Assembly (NCBI GenBank): GCA_964036045.1
Contig: OZ038378.1
Coordinates: 145,762,001-145,826,000 of the forward strand
Source: Eutreptiella sp. 'Long Island Sound 2002'
Lineage: Eukaryota; Protista; Euglenida
Direction of reading: 5' to 3'
Length of the DNA stretch: 64,000 bases
Position 1 is the stretch's first letter. Every line of letters starts with the position of its first letter. Shown in pieces: positions 12,401-25,200 of this stretch. The notes beneath the pieces are model-generated. The model did not search any database. It saw only the letters and a program-made list of their open reading frames with translations, and was not told where the DNA came from. A program made the translations under genes and the position numbers.

Positions 12401-13250
12401 CTCGCCCAAACCCCTACACCCCTAACGGTCGGCCCAGCTGCATCTCAAGAGGCCCCACCGTCATCATACTGGCGGAGGGTTGAGGATAGACCACCGTGGG
12501 GTAGAGACCCACGACCCACTGGTATCAACATGGAGGGTTAGAGCCCTAAAGGTCTGGACCAATCAAGGGTCTTAACTGTGAGCACACGTGTCCCCAAGGA
12601 GGGTCACCACGCCTTGCCTATCTTCACCTTGCTTGTTAGTTCTGACTTGTATAGGAAGCCACCGCTCCGCATTGGCTCCCCTCAGGTTATCACACCATGG
12701 CATATACTCATGCGCCACATAGTCAACAAGGCAAAGGTAACCACAAGCATGAGTAGTGCAGGGCACCGCCATGGCATGGGAGGGGTTCCATGAGCAAACG
12801 CGGAGGGCGTTAGCAGCTTCAGCAAAAACCGATCCCAGAGTTGTACCGGAATCTCAAACCTGCTGTGATACACACTGATTAGGCCTAGTTGCAAGCACTA
12901 TGAGCGCACACCGCCCCTAGGAGGTTAGACAGACAGAGAGGGGTTGCGAGTAAAGGGCTTCACAGCTTAGTGCCACGCCACTCAGGACCCGCCCCTGAGC
13001 AAGCTCTGTTGACGTAGGCCAACGTCTTCATCGGATTGGCCTGTGAGGTGGTCGTTTGGAGGTGGGAATTCAAGACTGAACCGCCCCCAAGGGTACCTAG
13101 TTCAGCGCGTGGGCGGGTTTTTGGTACTACACAGTGCGGAACGATGGCACGTGGGAGGCTGGGGAAGTAGGTCCCATTGACCATGGCTGCAACGCGGATA
13201 ACAGCAGGTGGTAATAGTTCATACATGCAGTAGTTGGTAAACGGTGATTT
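9430..13250 (-). mobile_element. decayed non-LTR retrotransposon (RT, RNase H, Cys-rich C-terminus), split by a satellite insertion at 11187-12459
   Basis: Minus ORF 9782-10603 has RNase H-like motifs (VYMAYD..SSDEGEWLA..VILVTD..LNRGAHNLAK). ~11186-10920 reads GGPLPCIRASFSDD (RT domain 5-like) then, shifted, RMNPTLRTRAFAAYALSALDY. 12460-13230 has weaker RT-like segments. Several frameshifts. Confidence 0.7.
11187..12459. repeat. tandem array of nine ~144-bp units, each containing a ~28-bp-stem hairpin
   Basis: GAGGCC(CC) anchors at 11275, 11419, 11563, 11707, 11851, 11994, 12138, 12305, 12449. Each unit carries TTTATTGCGTTTTTGGGCCACTTACCAA-11 nt-TTGGTAAGTGGCCCTAAAACGCAATAAA. Confidence 0.95.
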
Positions 13251-13364
13251 GAAAGGTGCTTTTCATGCAGCGTTCGGGAACGGACTGTTGTTTTTCCATG
13301 TAAAAGTTGGTAGGACCCTCTTTTCGCCAACTTAATCATTGTTTTTTGTGTTGTTCTTTTTCTT

Positions 13365-13745
13365 CTGTAGGTAATGTATCATTTTACAACCTTTTTTTTC
13401 CCCAAAATTTCTACTGTTTTTCATTGGAATACCAATTTCACTTTTTTCTTTTGCTTTTTTCCCCGGAGACCTTTGTGTTTTCATTTGAATAACAATTTCA
13501 CTTTTTATCTTTTTTTTTTCCAGGGAGTTTTGGGCAACTGTTTTGTGAGTGTAGCTCTACCCCAGCAACACCTGGACTTTTTTTTGTGTTTTCTTCTTGC
13601 TTCTATAGGTAATGTATCATTTTACAAGCATTCTTTGTTTCAAAAGTTCTGGTGTTTTCATTTGAATGACAGTTTCACTTTTTTTCGTCTTTTTTCAAGA
13701 AAATTTTAGGAAACTGTTTTATGGCTGTAGCTCTACCGCAGCAAT
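13365..13745. repeat. AT-rich tandem duplication (~240-bp unit, second copy partial)
   Basis: TAGGTAATGTATCATTTTACAA...TTTCATTTGAAT...GTAGCTCTACC occurs twice (from ~13367 and ~13605). Confidence 0.7.
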
Positions 13746-14029
13746 GCCTGGCCCCCGTGTATGGGTCCCACCCCCTAGATATACTTTGTTCAGGGGGCGT
13801 CTAGGGTGGTGGGACAGGCTGCAGCTCTGTATGTGAACATTTTTTGACATGAAACTGAAATTTACCCAAAAATTTGCGAAAAATGAACAGGAGTTGTTCT
13901 TGCATGCAAGTCGCATGAGCCTACAAAACAGACTACTATGTGTAGGAGATAGATTCCAACATGTAGTTGTTGCAATGGATGAAATAGAGATTTTATTCAA
14001 CAGGAAACATGAGGTGCTACTACCGCTCA

Positions 14030-14560
14030 CTCAGCCAACCGTGCCCACGGTAGCAAGGACTGAGGGTACTTTTTAGGCTGCTCCACCAGCTCTACGCAGT
14101 CACGTGTCCATTTGTTGTCGAGCACCAAGCCAGACACTGTGGAAGGGAGGCGCTCCATTGTGATCTTCTTAAGACAACCCATCTTGTGCCTGCGCCGAAA
14201 GTTTGCAGCCCATGGCGGTCCAAAACAGGAGCAAGAATTGGACCACGAGACCTTTCAGCGATGGTTCTTGCAAGTGCCACAATGGTGTTCAGGTCAATCG
14301 CTGCAGCCTCATACGTTAGCTCTTTGATGAACTTCAGAATGGTCTCCTCCTCTGCGCAGCTGAGAACTGAGTTGGTGCCATACCGGATCACTTTGTTGTA
14401 GTTCGTTAACCCGGGTGCGCAGTGTGGTAAGCGGCGGTGCTCCAGACCCATAACGTAGCACGACGTGGTTGTAGTTTCCTTCTAGCTTTACTTGCAAGCA
14501 AGCGCCTTTTGGGGCTGTGTCCACTCTAGCCAAGTCTTCGGCGTTGAACTCTTGTATTGA
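14030..14560 (-). mobile_element. pogo/Tc5-like transposase remnant (CENP-B-type HTH)
   Basis: LSCAEEETILKFIKELTYEAAAIDLNTIVALARTIAE resembles the HTH_Tnp_Tc5 pattern; frameshifted continuation RRRHKMGCLKKITMERLP. Confidence 0.5.
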
Positions 14561-14935
14561 CGGGCTTTAGAAATCTTGGCTGCCTTCTTGTTTTGCGGCT
14601 CTAGGAATACGGCGAGGACATCGTTTATGGACTGTCTTTCTTTTGTGAAGAAGCGCTGCATGATTGAGGGACAAGGAGCATAACTCGGAACTTATCAATA
14701 TTATAAATCATTGTTGTTCAATATTACTGTTTTTTGACCATTTTGAGGTCAATATGCCGCGGCGTTTCGATTTCGGATGATTTTCTCAAAAGCGGTACCG
14801 GTCTCCCGGAAAAGAGGCACCACTTTTTCACTGTGGTCATTGCTTAATGAATGACATGGAAGAAAAACATGTTTTGCATTGCTGCAACTATGATTTTATA
14901 ATGTATTCAACATGGTTTTATGATGCTTTTATCGA

Positions 14936-15033
14936 GGGGTGCTCTGTTCCGCCCCCGCATGGGAGCATTCTCCGCTCCTGCTCCCATGGAGCTCGTGCTC
15001 GTGCTCCTATGCGGGGGCGGCACAAAGCACCCC
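14936..15033. other. isolated long hairpin (~31-bp stem)
   Basis: GGGGTGCTCTGTTCCGCCCCCGCATGGGAGC (14936-14966) pairs with GCTCCTATGCGGGGGCGGCACAAAGCACCCC (15003-15033) with 2 mismatches and 1 G-U pair. Confidence 0.75.
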
Positions 15034-16295
15034 CCTATATATTTGCGACACACGCAAAGCACATGCAACGCTGCAAGGGGGGGGGGGGGGTTAGATGGAC
15101 GCACTGAGGCTGTTTCGTTTTGCGAACAAGGCTGTTTCTATGAGCATTTAGCTATTAATCCGAAGTTAGGTCGACCGATCAATGGATTTTCTACAGCAAT
15201 GGACGCGAAGCAACCAATCCCAGAATTCACATCATGAACAAAGAGAATGTATAGTAAAACTAACGAATGGCTGGAGATGATCGTCACTGAAAGATCCACA
15301 GGACCTCAATTGTACAAAATCAGTCCTTGATGCAGAAATGGCATCATGGTCCACGTGGTGGATCATAGAGGCCAATAAGTTGTCGGTTGGGGAAATAAAG
15401 GTCAAAACTGAACTGAGGTGATAGTAAAAGGCCCAGAAAGCACAGAAACATACTTTTATGTGTATTTTACACTCTAAAGGAATGTACAGAGGTTTGGGTC
15501 ATTTCTTTAGCCTTTTATGCCATGGACCTACAATTGGTGGTCGACTTTCTTCAGCAACATTGATCCTGAATTGTTGCTTTGCGCTAGGGTGTAAGGCAGA
15601 AATCTTTCTTGTCTTTAACTATCTTCTGTTTGCTGCCGTCAAAATTTGATCTGTTGTTGCTTATATCCAATTTTTCGAAAGCCGCCATCTCTTTTGCACT
15701 GCAGCCTTTCATGTTTGGGGTTATTTGATCCTGATCACCTGCATTGCCCTACTTGGTTTTGCATTATCGGTTATTTGTTTATCTTGAAAACTATTTGGAA
15801 AAAATCTTGCAGACGAATAAGAACTAGCAGCAAAGCAGCACGCAAAAAAAATCAAGAAGCAGCTGGGATACTGCAAGAACTAGTGCCTCAAACTTCCTCA
15901 AGGAGGTGTTTGGCCTCCTTTTTAGCGCCCCGCCTTAGGCCTCGGCAAGGCTTCCCGCTGGTGATAGGGACAATGCGTGCGAGGGCCGGCTCACTAGTTG
16001 TCAAACTGACTCCTAGGTAGCGGGCCACCCTTATTTGCAAAAGCGTACGCATGTTTTATCTGCCATGAGTACCCTTTTCGGCAAGATTTTTCAACAATGC
16101 ATCGCGCCGGACTGAAAAGCATCCGGGCTACCCATTGTGACAGGTTCCGGCCCTCATGTGGTGCTAAGTCTAGATGCAAAATGGAGGTGTACAATTTGGA
16201 GATTGGTGACATACCATGCCAACGAGCGCATTTCTAGGTCCGGAAAGGTTCGCTCGTATCTTCACTCTCTAGGTGTCATGGTCCGTCGAAAATAG

Positions 16296-16565
16296 GAGGG
16301 AGGGGGGTGTGGCAGGGCAGAGCGAGCGGGGCAGGGTGGGCGGGGTGGGTGGGCCGGGGCGAGCGAAGCGGGGCGGACGGGGCGGGCAGGCGGGATGGGG
16401 CGAGCAGGTCGGGGCATGTGGGCGGGGTGCGCCGGCTGGGCGGGTAGAGCGGGCAGGTGGGACGGGCGGGGCGGGGTGGGCGGGCGGGGTGGCCGGGCGT
16501 GGAAGGCACGCGGGGCGGGCGTGCGAGGTGGACGGGCAAGGTGGACGGGCAACGTGGGACGGGGG
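16296..16565. repeat. G-rich low-complexity tract (GGGC/GGGT)
   Basis: Dense runs of GGG; the overlapping Pro/Arg/Gly ORFs are compositional artefacts. Confidence 0.85.
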
Positions 16566-17439
16566 GGCTAACAAGCGCAAAAGTCTATGCGAAATATGCA
16601 TGTCAAATGACCCTTGCAAAACATCCCACTTCTACATGTTCGCGGTAGGCGTGCCAAATGCAACCACAATAGGCATCTGCTTTTCGCTTTTTGTTTTTAA
16701 AACAAAATCATGAAATCATGATGACATCATCGATCCGAAGCATTCGTGGACAACTAGCTTAACAACTATCACTGTCAAGAGCTACATGATATCGTGATGC
16801 CACTCCCTACCTCCAACCTGAAATGGGAGTGGTACCTCGCCTATTTACGATTGTTCCAAATTGACCGAAGAGGATATCCTGGATGCCTCAAACCCTCGCA
16901 AACAAGATTGTGTCCTCCACCACGTGTATCCCGCCAACCGCATTTCACACGTGCCCCACTGGTACTCCATCCAACATATGTAACCCACTAACCACATTCA
17001 ATCCAACCACCATCATTAACGCGCCGACTATATTTACCCAACTAACGAGAGTTACCCCATCCAACATATCTACCCCGCAAACCACATTTACCTCGGCTTT
17101 TGTGTTTACTTCATCCTATATGTGGCATTGCAAGATTTTATGATAGGCGCTCTTCCTGTGGAAAATGACTCGCTGTCACTGGGGTACATAGAAAAAGGTA
17201 AATGTGGGTGGGGTGAATGGGGTCGGCTGAGTAAATCTTTTGAGCGGGGTATGTGTGGAGGGTGTATTAGATGTAGAATAGACAGACGGGTGCTCCCAGC
17301 ATACCCTAATGCTAGATTGAGCTAGAAGCGAGATCGAGAGTTCATTTTGAGCCTTAGGCCCCTATCATTAACATAATATCCATTCAAATGGTAGAGACCA
17401 GCCCCGAAATGAACCTTTTTGGGCGTTATTTTGTCTATG

Positions 17440-17660
17440 AATGCACATCATGATCTCATCGATGTTCCCATTGGTTATCCCAATGACGTCAGCTATGATA
17501 TTGAAATTCATCGATTAATGTTCCCATTGATCTTCACAGTGATACTCCCAATTCGCATTGATGGTCCTACAAATGTTCCCATTGATATTCCAAGTGGCAT
17601 TGCCAGTGGCCGTGATGTTCCCATGGATGGTCCCATTTATAGCACCATTCATTTTGGCAC
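17440..17660. repeat. degenerate 12-bp GATGTTCCCATT minisatellite
   Basis: Same motif family recurs at ~28490-28715 and ~29840-29970. Confidence 0.75.
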
Positions 17661-19959
17661 TTGATCCCAGTGAGGTCCGCACTGATGCTCAAAACTGCGT
17701 ACTCAAGCTAGTTCACGGAAGGCGGGCATGTGACTCATATGATACAATATGTTCCGAAAATAGCAGGGCAGATGAACAATGGCACACGCGGTGCCTGTTG
17801 TGAGGCTGTTTATTACGGTAGGTGACCGCCACGCCAAAGGCTACCTATCTTCTGACGAGTAGAATTCATTGTGCGGCACTCTCGCCGATGTAGCGCATAA
17901 GGGTAATGATGTTTCATCGGGATGGCTTGAAAGAGGAGTGTATGCATCGAGATTGTGGAAAAATTCATTTGATCTTTGGTCAACTTCGGAGAAAGGGGTG
18001 CTATGAGAAACATGGTAAAAAAGCACCAACAACCTGCCACGGAGTTGAACAAAAGTTGGTTACCTGCAGTTCGCCAAGAAAAAATGATTAAGAAACCATC
18101 CCGGCAACATTGGTCCCAAATCAAAATTAAATTGGATACTACAAACTTGCTATACACCGTTTTAGAGCTTTGGACAAGCTTCAACTTGAATTGAAAAGCC
18201 AAGCAAAGATGCATTCGAGCAGAGAGGGGTCGGAGGTGGGGGGTTTGGACCTGGGGGTGAGGGGGCGGGGGTTGAGGGCCCTTCTTAACAACTAGCATTT
18301 GGTATGGGATTGGGTACCATAGGCGCTGGAATTTTGTTTGTAGTTGTATAACTATTGATATGATTGCATTGGATATTGTGGGCTCTGGATGCTCGGTAAT
18401 GTTTCTTGGTGGATGCTTGTTGTTGCTTGCTGCCAGATGGGCTTCAAAAAACTTTCCTAGTGGGCTCTGGGTGCGTGCACCTAATTCCTAGTGGCATCGT
18501 TGCCTGCAATTCTTGGTGGGTGCTAGAGGCTTGCTGAGGTTTCTTGGTACCTCCGGCATACTTCTTGGTACTCGTCCGGGTCTCAATATTTGCTTTTAAT
18601 TCTTCTGGGTGGTTGCTAGTAATTCTTGGTGGGCTCGGGTTGGTGACTGCTAATTCCTGGTCATGGGGTGATGCTACCACCAGGTGCGCCTTGTCAGCCC
18701 CAAAGCTGCTCCTCTAGCATGTACCGTTCAGTGTATCATTGCACATCCATAATCATTCGGTATGTCATTTGGAGAACCCAAAAATGAACACACACAAGCA
18801 CACAAACATTCATCAACACAGCAGTTGTGTATGACGCAAAGCGGCGCAGTGGGTCACGAAAATTCTAAAGTTTGGTCACTTCATGGTAAGAGCCTGCACT
18901 TGCTGTCCTGTGGACTGAACCTCCATCGACATGGAAAATTTTCCGGTTGTCCAACTCAGTGTTTCACCCGCATGGAATGGGGGTGGGCGGGCTGCCACCT
19001 GATATGTTCTATTGCTTGTCGTCAAGAGACCTGGAAAAGGGAGGGAGCACAGTCACTCAATCAGTTAGGTACGAAGTCATTCGGAAGCCACCAACTGGTG
19101 AAAAACACATAAAGAGGGTCTAAAATGTTACGTAGGATTCTTGAACATGAACATGAATGATGAACATGAATGATCAGAAAATAGGGGAAATCGGGTTTGA
19201 AAGTTGCCATTTTTGAGCTGTAGAGGCTGGAAAGCTGCATAAGGGGGTGCAGCTTGTGCCGCAGCCCCCTTGGGACCGCCCCCCCGCCGCCCCAAAATAG
19301 GGTGAAAAGGACACAGAGAGGGTCTAAAACATGCGTTACATAGGATTTTCAACCATTGTAAATGGTCAGAGTATCAAAAAAAAATTGAACAGTTTCCATT
19401 TTTGAGCTGTAGAGGGTGGAGAACTCCTTATACAGTTTATGCGCACACCAAATGCCACCGACAAACAGCATATGGCCCGGGCCACATGGGCCAAGTGGCC
19501 ACTACGTGGGTCCCTATGGGTGCTCAGTATCCATATTGTCACCAAATGATCACCCAAACCCATCCCGGGGACGACAGAAGGGTTCCCGGAAAAAAATCGA
19601 ATTTTGAAAATTTTGCGGGTGTCACTAAACAGCCTACACAACAGCAAATTTTGGAGCCTTGCGGGGGCCCATGGCTCAGGCTACATGGGCCTAGCGGCCA
19701 CTATATGGGTCCCTATGGGGGCTTAAGTCCCCATATTGTCACCAAATGATCACCCAAACCCATCTCAGGGGCGACAGAAGGGTTCTGGAAAGAGTCGAAG
19801 TTTGAAAACTTTTCAGGTGCCACAGAATAGCCAGCGTGAAAACACCCAAGTCCTCACTAGCAAGGGGCCATGGGGGGGGGGGGGTATCCGGAGTTTGGAC
19901 CCGGGACCCCCCGCCATGGGTTAGGGGCTCCATATACAAGAAAAAAGTTGTTCAAGACG

Positions 19960-20260
19960 GAGGTCTGAATCCACAGACAACAGCCGCAATACGCAAAGAA
20001 GTTTTGACCCCCCAACCCCACCCCCACGCCCCCACACACCAAAATGGAAAAATTCATCGGGGGATCATTTTCTTCCCCAAAATGATGATTTTACAAGGGG
20101 TTAAACACCCGGAACCCTTGGGGTATCCTACGCGAATGACCCCCCAAAAAGGGAGGTATATGGCGTCCGCGCCTGCGCTTGATCCAACAACCCTCTTCGA
20201 GGTGATCTTTTTTTCTAATGCATCCCTGGGGCTAAGCCTCCTTCGTGACCAGAAACAAGT
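19960..20260 (+). repeat. dispersed repeat shared with ~36270-36470
   Basis: ...GTCCGCG(C/G)CTGCGCTTGATC(C/T)AACAACCCTCTT... present at both loci. Confidence 0.65.
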
Positions 20261-22243
20261 GGCTTCCAGGCGAGAACACAAAGGGGGGCAGGAGGCCAGG
20301 GGGGGGGGGCAGGTTTGTCTAGGGGGAAGCACACGGTTACTTTCGAAGGCCCTGTGCAATGAAGCCCTGGATGCCCCCCACGGCGCAGTTCGGATACTTC
20401 ATGAAGGCAAGGTCCACCCCCAGCGTGTAGTCAGGCTGTTCAAGGGTTACCCACAGGTCAAGCCCTCGGTCCGCCACCCTGACGGGGAGGCTTAGGGATG
20501 GATGGGGGGGATCCCGAGAAACCCAACTCTGAGGTATGGGCGACGCAGCAGAAGTGAGTGCGGCACCATTCGGTTGGCGCACAGGTTCCGAACACCAACA
20601 GGACCAACCCAATAAAGGTAATTTGAGCCCATTGCTCTGGAACGAAACAGGGATGACCTGACTTTGCTCTCTGAGCTTCCCGTTGCTGCCCCGGTCCATC
20701 GGTGCGCCCCATCCTCTGCATGAGTGTCAACAACCTCTTCTCCCCCTACTCCAGTGCCTCCGTCCCTCACTACCAACCTCCCTTACTCCCCCCACCAGGC
20801 CCCCCTCCTTCACCTGCTCCATGCGTACGTCCCTCACCCCTTCCCTCTCTGAGAATTGCTCCCGTCAGCCGCCTTTCCTCCCCAACCCCCAACACCCAAT
20901 CGCCCCCGCCCCATCCCGTCGCCTCCTCCCCTCCAACGCCACCCGAAGGCAGCAAGACACCCCATCCACCATCCCTCTTGGTGCCCTGCTGCCCCTGTCA
21001 GCTCCTCCGGAGGGCGATGGTTGATTGTGCCTCGGTGCCCTGCAGTTCAGTCTGTGGGGACTGGGCATCTTCCCTTGGGTCGAGGCCGCGCATCACCGGC
21101 ATGTTCCCCCTGCGCCCGTCCCTGCCTCCCTGTGTGACACAGCCCAGTGCATGTCATGAAGCCCCAGTTCCGCGTCGCCGGGGGCGCCAGAGCCACGCGC
21201 AACGGATTCTGGTCCATGTTGCTCATGGCCGGGAGAGGATCGCGCTCGGGTTCAGCACCTCCCGGTGGCGAGCGCCGCCACTGCTCCTCGGAGGGCGATG
21301 CGGAGGTGGGCCCCACAGGCCCAGAGGGCATCAACACGGAACTGGAAACTCGAAAGTGCACCCGAAAGTGCATGGGCAACCAAAACCTCGGCACTAACTT
21401 GCTTGTTACAATATTGTACACCATCGAGCGGTTCCTGACTCGGATCGACTGAATTTTGCCTGATCGTACAAGTGGTAAATACCTTTGGAGGCCTTGTACT
21501 GATCATCTTTGGTGTTGTCTGTAGTGTGCCCCTTTTGGGGGCACTTACAACGAAGGGGACACGGAGGCTCCACACCAAGAAACACAGGGCCCTGCCTGTG
21601 CTGTCCCATAGGTCACACAAACGAGTGAAACAACTGCAGAAAAGGGCAGAAGTGAGGGGGTAAGTGCACGGGGGGCTCTGGTCCTCGAAATGCCAAACGC
21701 AATGCCATGTATGCGTACCACACTCGGTGGAGGGCGCTTGCAACGCGAGGACAAGAAAACACCCTCAGGGACAGTCCAGGCGATGGACGGGAGATGGAAG
21801 ATTGTTATTACTCAGGGAAATCCACAATGACTCTTGCATCTTGGAGCGTGTGGATAAGCATGACTGGCGGGGGAAAGGGCCAACTGGCAAGGACAACAGG
21901 TCCAGACACCCGTTTGCTGGTGCCAAAACCGGTGGTATGTTAAGAGACTCCCCCACGTTGGAGCGCATGGCACCGTCCAGCGCAGCCCAGCGCTGCATTG
22001 CTTGGGTTTGCAATGTCCAACCAGAGCTTTGGACCCGCACACGCTGAGTCTCGAGTGTTTGGGTGGTTTTGAGGTCAGTTCCGGTGCAAGCCCCCCAACG
22101 GGCGCTGGCGGTGGTGCAAAGGCCAGGCAGCTCGCCTCCGTTTCATACCGCCCTCCCAGGCCCGGCGGTGATCGCACCTTCCATTTCCGGTGCCCGCACA
22201 CCAAAGCCCTTCCCCCTCCTGCCAACGGCCCCGCAAACGAGGG

Positions 22244-25200
22244 TCACGCCATCTGCGAGAAGTGCTGCGCCGTGTCCGTCAGGAGCACCTCGAAGAAGAA
22301 GTCCGAGAGGGAGTCGACGACGTCGGCCAGGCCGCACTCCCGCTTCATGTCCCACTGCAGCGGGGCTTCCTCCGCCACCTGCGTCCAGTGCAGCTCCTCG
22401 CCGCCGCACGGGGCCGGGGCCATCCACCGCCGCACCCGCCCCCGCACGAAGCCCTCCAGCTCCGCCAGCGTCAGCAGGTCCTCGGAGCGCGCGGCCTCCG
22501 CGGGCAGAGCGCTCCGGAGCCGGTCCCGCTCCTCCCGGCGCTGCTGCCGCCGCTTCCAGTACTCCGTCGTCGGGAGACAGAGCGGGACCGTCTTGGCGGT
22601 GGTGAACTCCGCGGCGGCCTCACGCACGCAGTCGAGGACCAGGGGCTTGTTGATCAGCTCGAAGGCCTGGGAGTAGCAGAACGACATGGCGGAGTTCAGC
22701 GAATCGTCGTCCTCCGTCCGGTCGTTGAGCATGTCCTCGACCGCCCCCGCGAGATCCGCCGGGAGGACGACGCCGTCCGTGCCCTCGACCTGCAGCTCCC
22801 CGGCCTCGCACTTCTTCCGCAGGGCCTCGAACAGGACGGAGACGTACACCACTGCGGCCTCCATCTCCAGCTGCTTGCCGTCGTCGGCCAGGGCGGAGGC
22901 GGCGGCCGAGGAGACGGACCCCGAGTCGTCCTCCAGCTCCTCCATCGACGTGTCCAGGGGCGGCGCGCCGAGGGGGGACGTGGGGGCGGGGGAGGCGTCG
23001 GAGCCGGCGGAGGGGGACGCCGCGGGCTTGTGCGGGGACGGGGCCCCGTCCGCCGGGGCTGCGCCGAGGGGCGGCGGGGGGTGGGCCGCGGTGGGGCTCG
23101 GGCAGAAGTCGACGTCGGGGCGCACCGCCGCCTTCGGCGAGAGGGAGGGCGGGGGGGTGAGCGCGACGGGCTCGCTGCGGGACAGGAACGGGGACGTGGG
23201 GGGCGTGGTCGCGGCGGCGCCGCGGGACGGGGACATGGGGGGGGACGCCAGGGGCCCAAGGCCCAGGGCCTGGGAGCACAGATGGGGGGGGGCGCCCCCG
23301 CCGCGCCCAGACCCCCGGGACGGGGGGGGGCTGGACGGCGGGGGCGGGGCGGCGGGGGCGGCCCCGCCGGACCCGCCGGGGGGCCCGACCCCCGGGCCAC
23401 CCCCGCCGTCGCTGCTGTCGTCGTCGCTCGGCTGGATCCAGTCGTCCTCCGCGTCGTCGACGAGGATGCGGTCCTCCGGGCCGCTGCCGCTGTCGGAGCG
23501 CTGCAGCTGCGGGGGCGTCGAGAGGCCGTCGCCCGACTCGTTGTCCGAGAGCTCGAGGTACGTCGCGCCCTCTTCACTGATGGGGCCCCGGGCGCACACC
23601 AGCCGCTCCAGCGCCTCCATCGTCTCCGGCGGCACCGGGGCCCTGGACACGAACCGGCCGATGTGCTGCGTGATCTGCGACACCGTCGCGCGGTCCTTCC
23701 GGGAGATGCGCGGCGCGGCGCGCGGGCCCGGCCGCGCCGCCTGCCGCCGCAGCTGCGCGAAGATGTCGTCCTCGACGGCGGGCGCGCTGCCCCCCGGAGC
23801 GTCCGCGGCGCTGGAGGCGCTGGAGGGGGCGTGAAGGCGCCGGTGGGAGCCGTCCTCGCTGCCGCTCTCCGCAACGAAGTCGTCGTCGTCGAACGCGTGT
23901 TCGATATGCGCGCGCGGCGCTTGGGGGGCGGCGGGGGCGGCGTCTGCCTCGGGCCGGGCGTGCTCCGCCGCCCAGAGCTCCGCCTGGCGCTCCTCCGCCT
24001 TCTCCGCCTCCACTTGCTCCTGCACGCGCTGCTGCAGGAACGCCATGTGCCGCGCGTGCTGCTCCGCCTCCTGCTGCCGCTGTTGCCGCATCTTCTCGAC
24101 GATGTCCACCGCCACATCCGTCGGGCGTTGACTCTGGCCGGCCGGGGCCATCGGAGGCCCCGCGGACGCCTCCGTGGGGCCCAGCACCGCCGCCAGCGGC
24201 GGATGGTATTGCCCACCGTTCGGTGCCTCCGGGCAATGCTCCGCGCTGCTACTGCCTCCCTCGCGGGGCAAGGGGGAAGCGGAGGCCGGCTCTGCCGCCT
24301 CACCGTCGGCAGCCACGGACACAATGCCCTCGTTTCGGGGTGTGGCGGTGTCGGCTGCATCGGACATTCCTGAGTTCCCGGAGGCGGAGGACGCGGACTC
24401 CATGGCTCGAAGGTCACTGGCAGCGTCCTCCTGCAGGCCTTCTTCCTCGACGACTTCTGAGAATGTGTCAGAGTACTGCTCTTCTTCAGAGTCAGCCTCC
24501 GGACTGTCTGCGGCGGAGCTTGCCATCTTTGACTCTGCTTCTGCCCGTGCCTGCGCTTCTGCCGCAGCAAGGGCCTCTGCCTCTGCCTCTGCCTGTGCCC
24601 TCGCCTCTGCCTCTGCCTGTGCCCTCGCCTCTGCCTCTGCCTGTGCCCTCGCCTCTGCCTCTGCCTGTGCCCTCGCCTCTGCCTCTGCCTGTGCCCTCGC
24701 CTCTGCCTCTGCCTGTGCCCTCGCCTCTGCCTCTGCCTGTGCCCTCGCCTCTGCCTCTGCCTGTGCCCTCGCCTCTGCCTCTGCCTGTGCCCTCGCCTCT
24801 GCCTCTGCCTGTGCCCTCGCCTCTGCCTCTGCCTGTGCCCTCGCCTCTGCCTCTGCCTGTGCCCTCGCCTCTGCCTCTGCCTGTGCCCTCGCCTCTGCCT
24901 CTGCCTGTGCCCTCGCCTCTGCCTCTGCCTGTGCCCTCGCCTCTGCCTCTGCCTGTGCCTCTGCCTCTGCCTCTGCCTGTGCCTCTGCCTCGGCCCGTGC
25001 CTCTGCCTGTGCCTCTGCCTCGGCCCGTGCCTCTGCCTGTGCCTCTGCCTCGGCCCGTGCCTGTGCCTCTGCCTCTGCCTCGGCCCGTGCCTGTGCCTCT
25101 GCCTCGGCCCGTGCCTCTGCCTCTGCCTTCGCTCTTGCCTCGGCCTCGGCCTCTGCCCGCGCCGCTTCCTCTGCCCGCGCCTGCGCCAACGCTTGTGCAC

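Noticed and set aside
11187-12459. CRISPR array
   Set aside because: The sequence between palindromes is conserved rather than unique, units are 144 bp, the context is eukaryotic and there are no cas genes.
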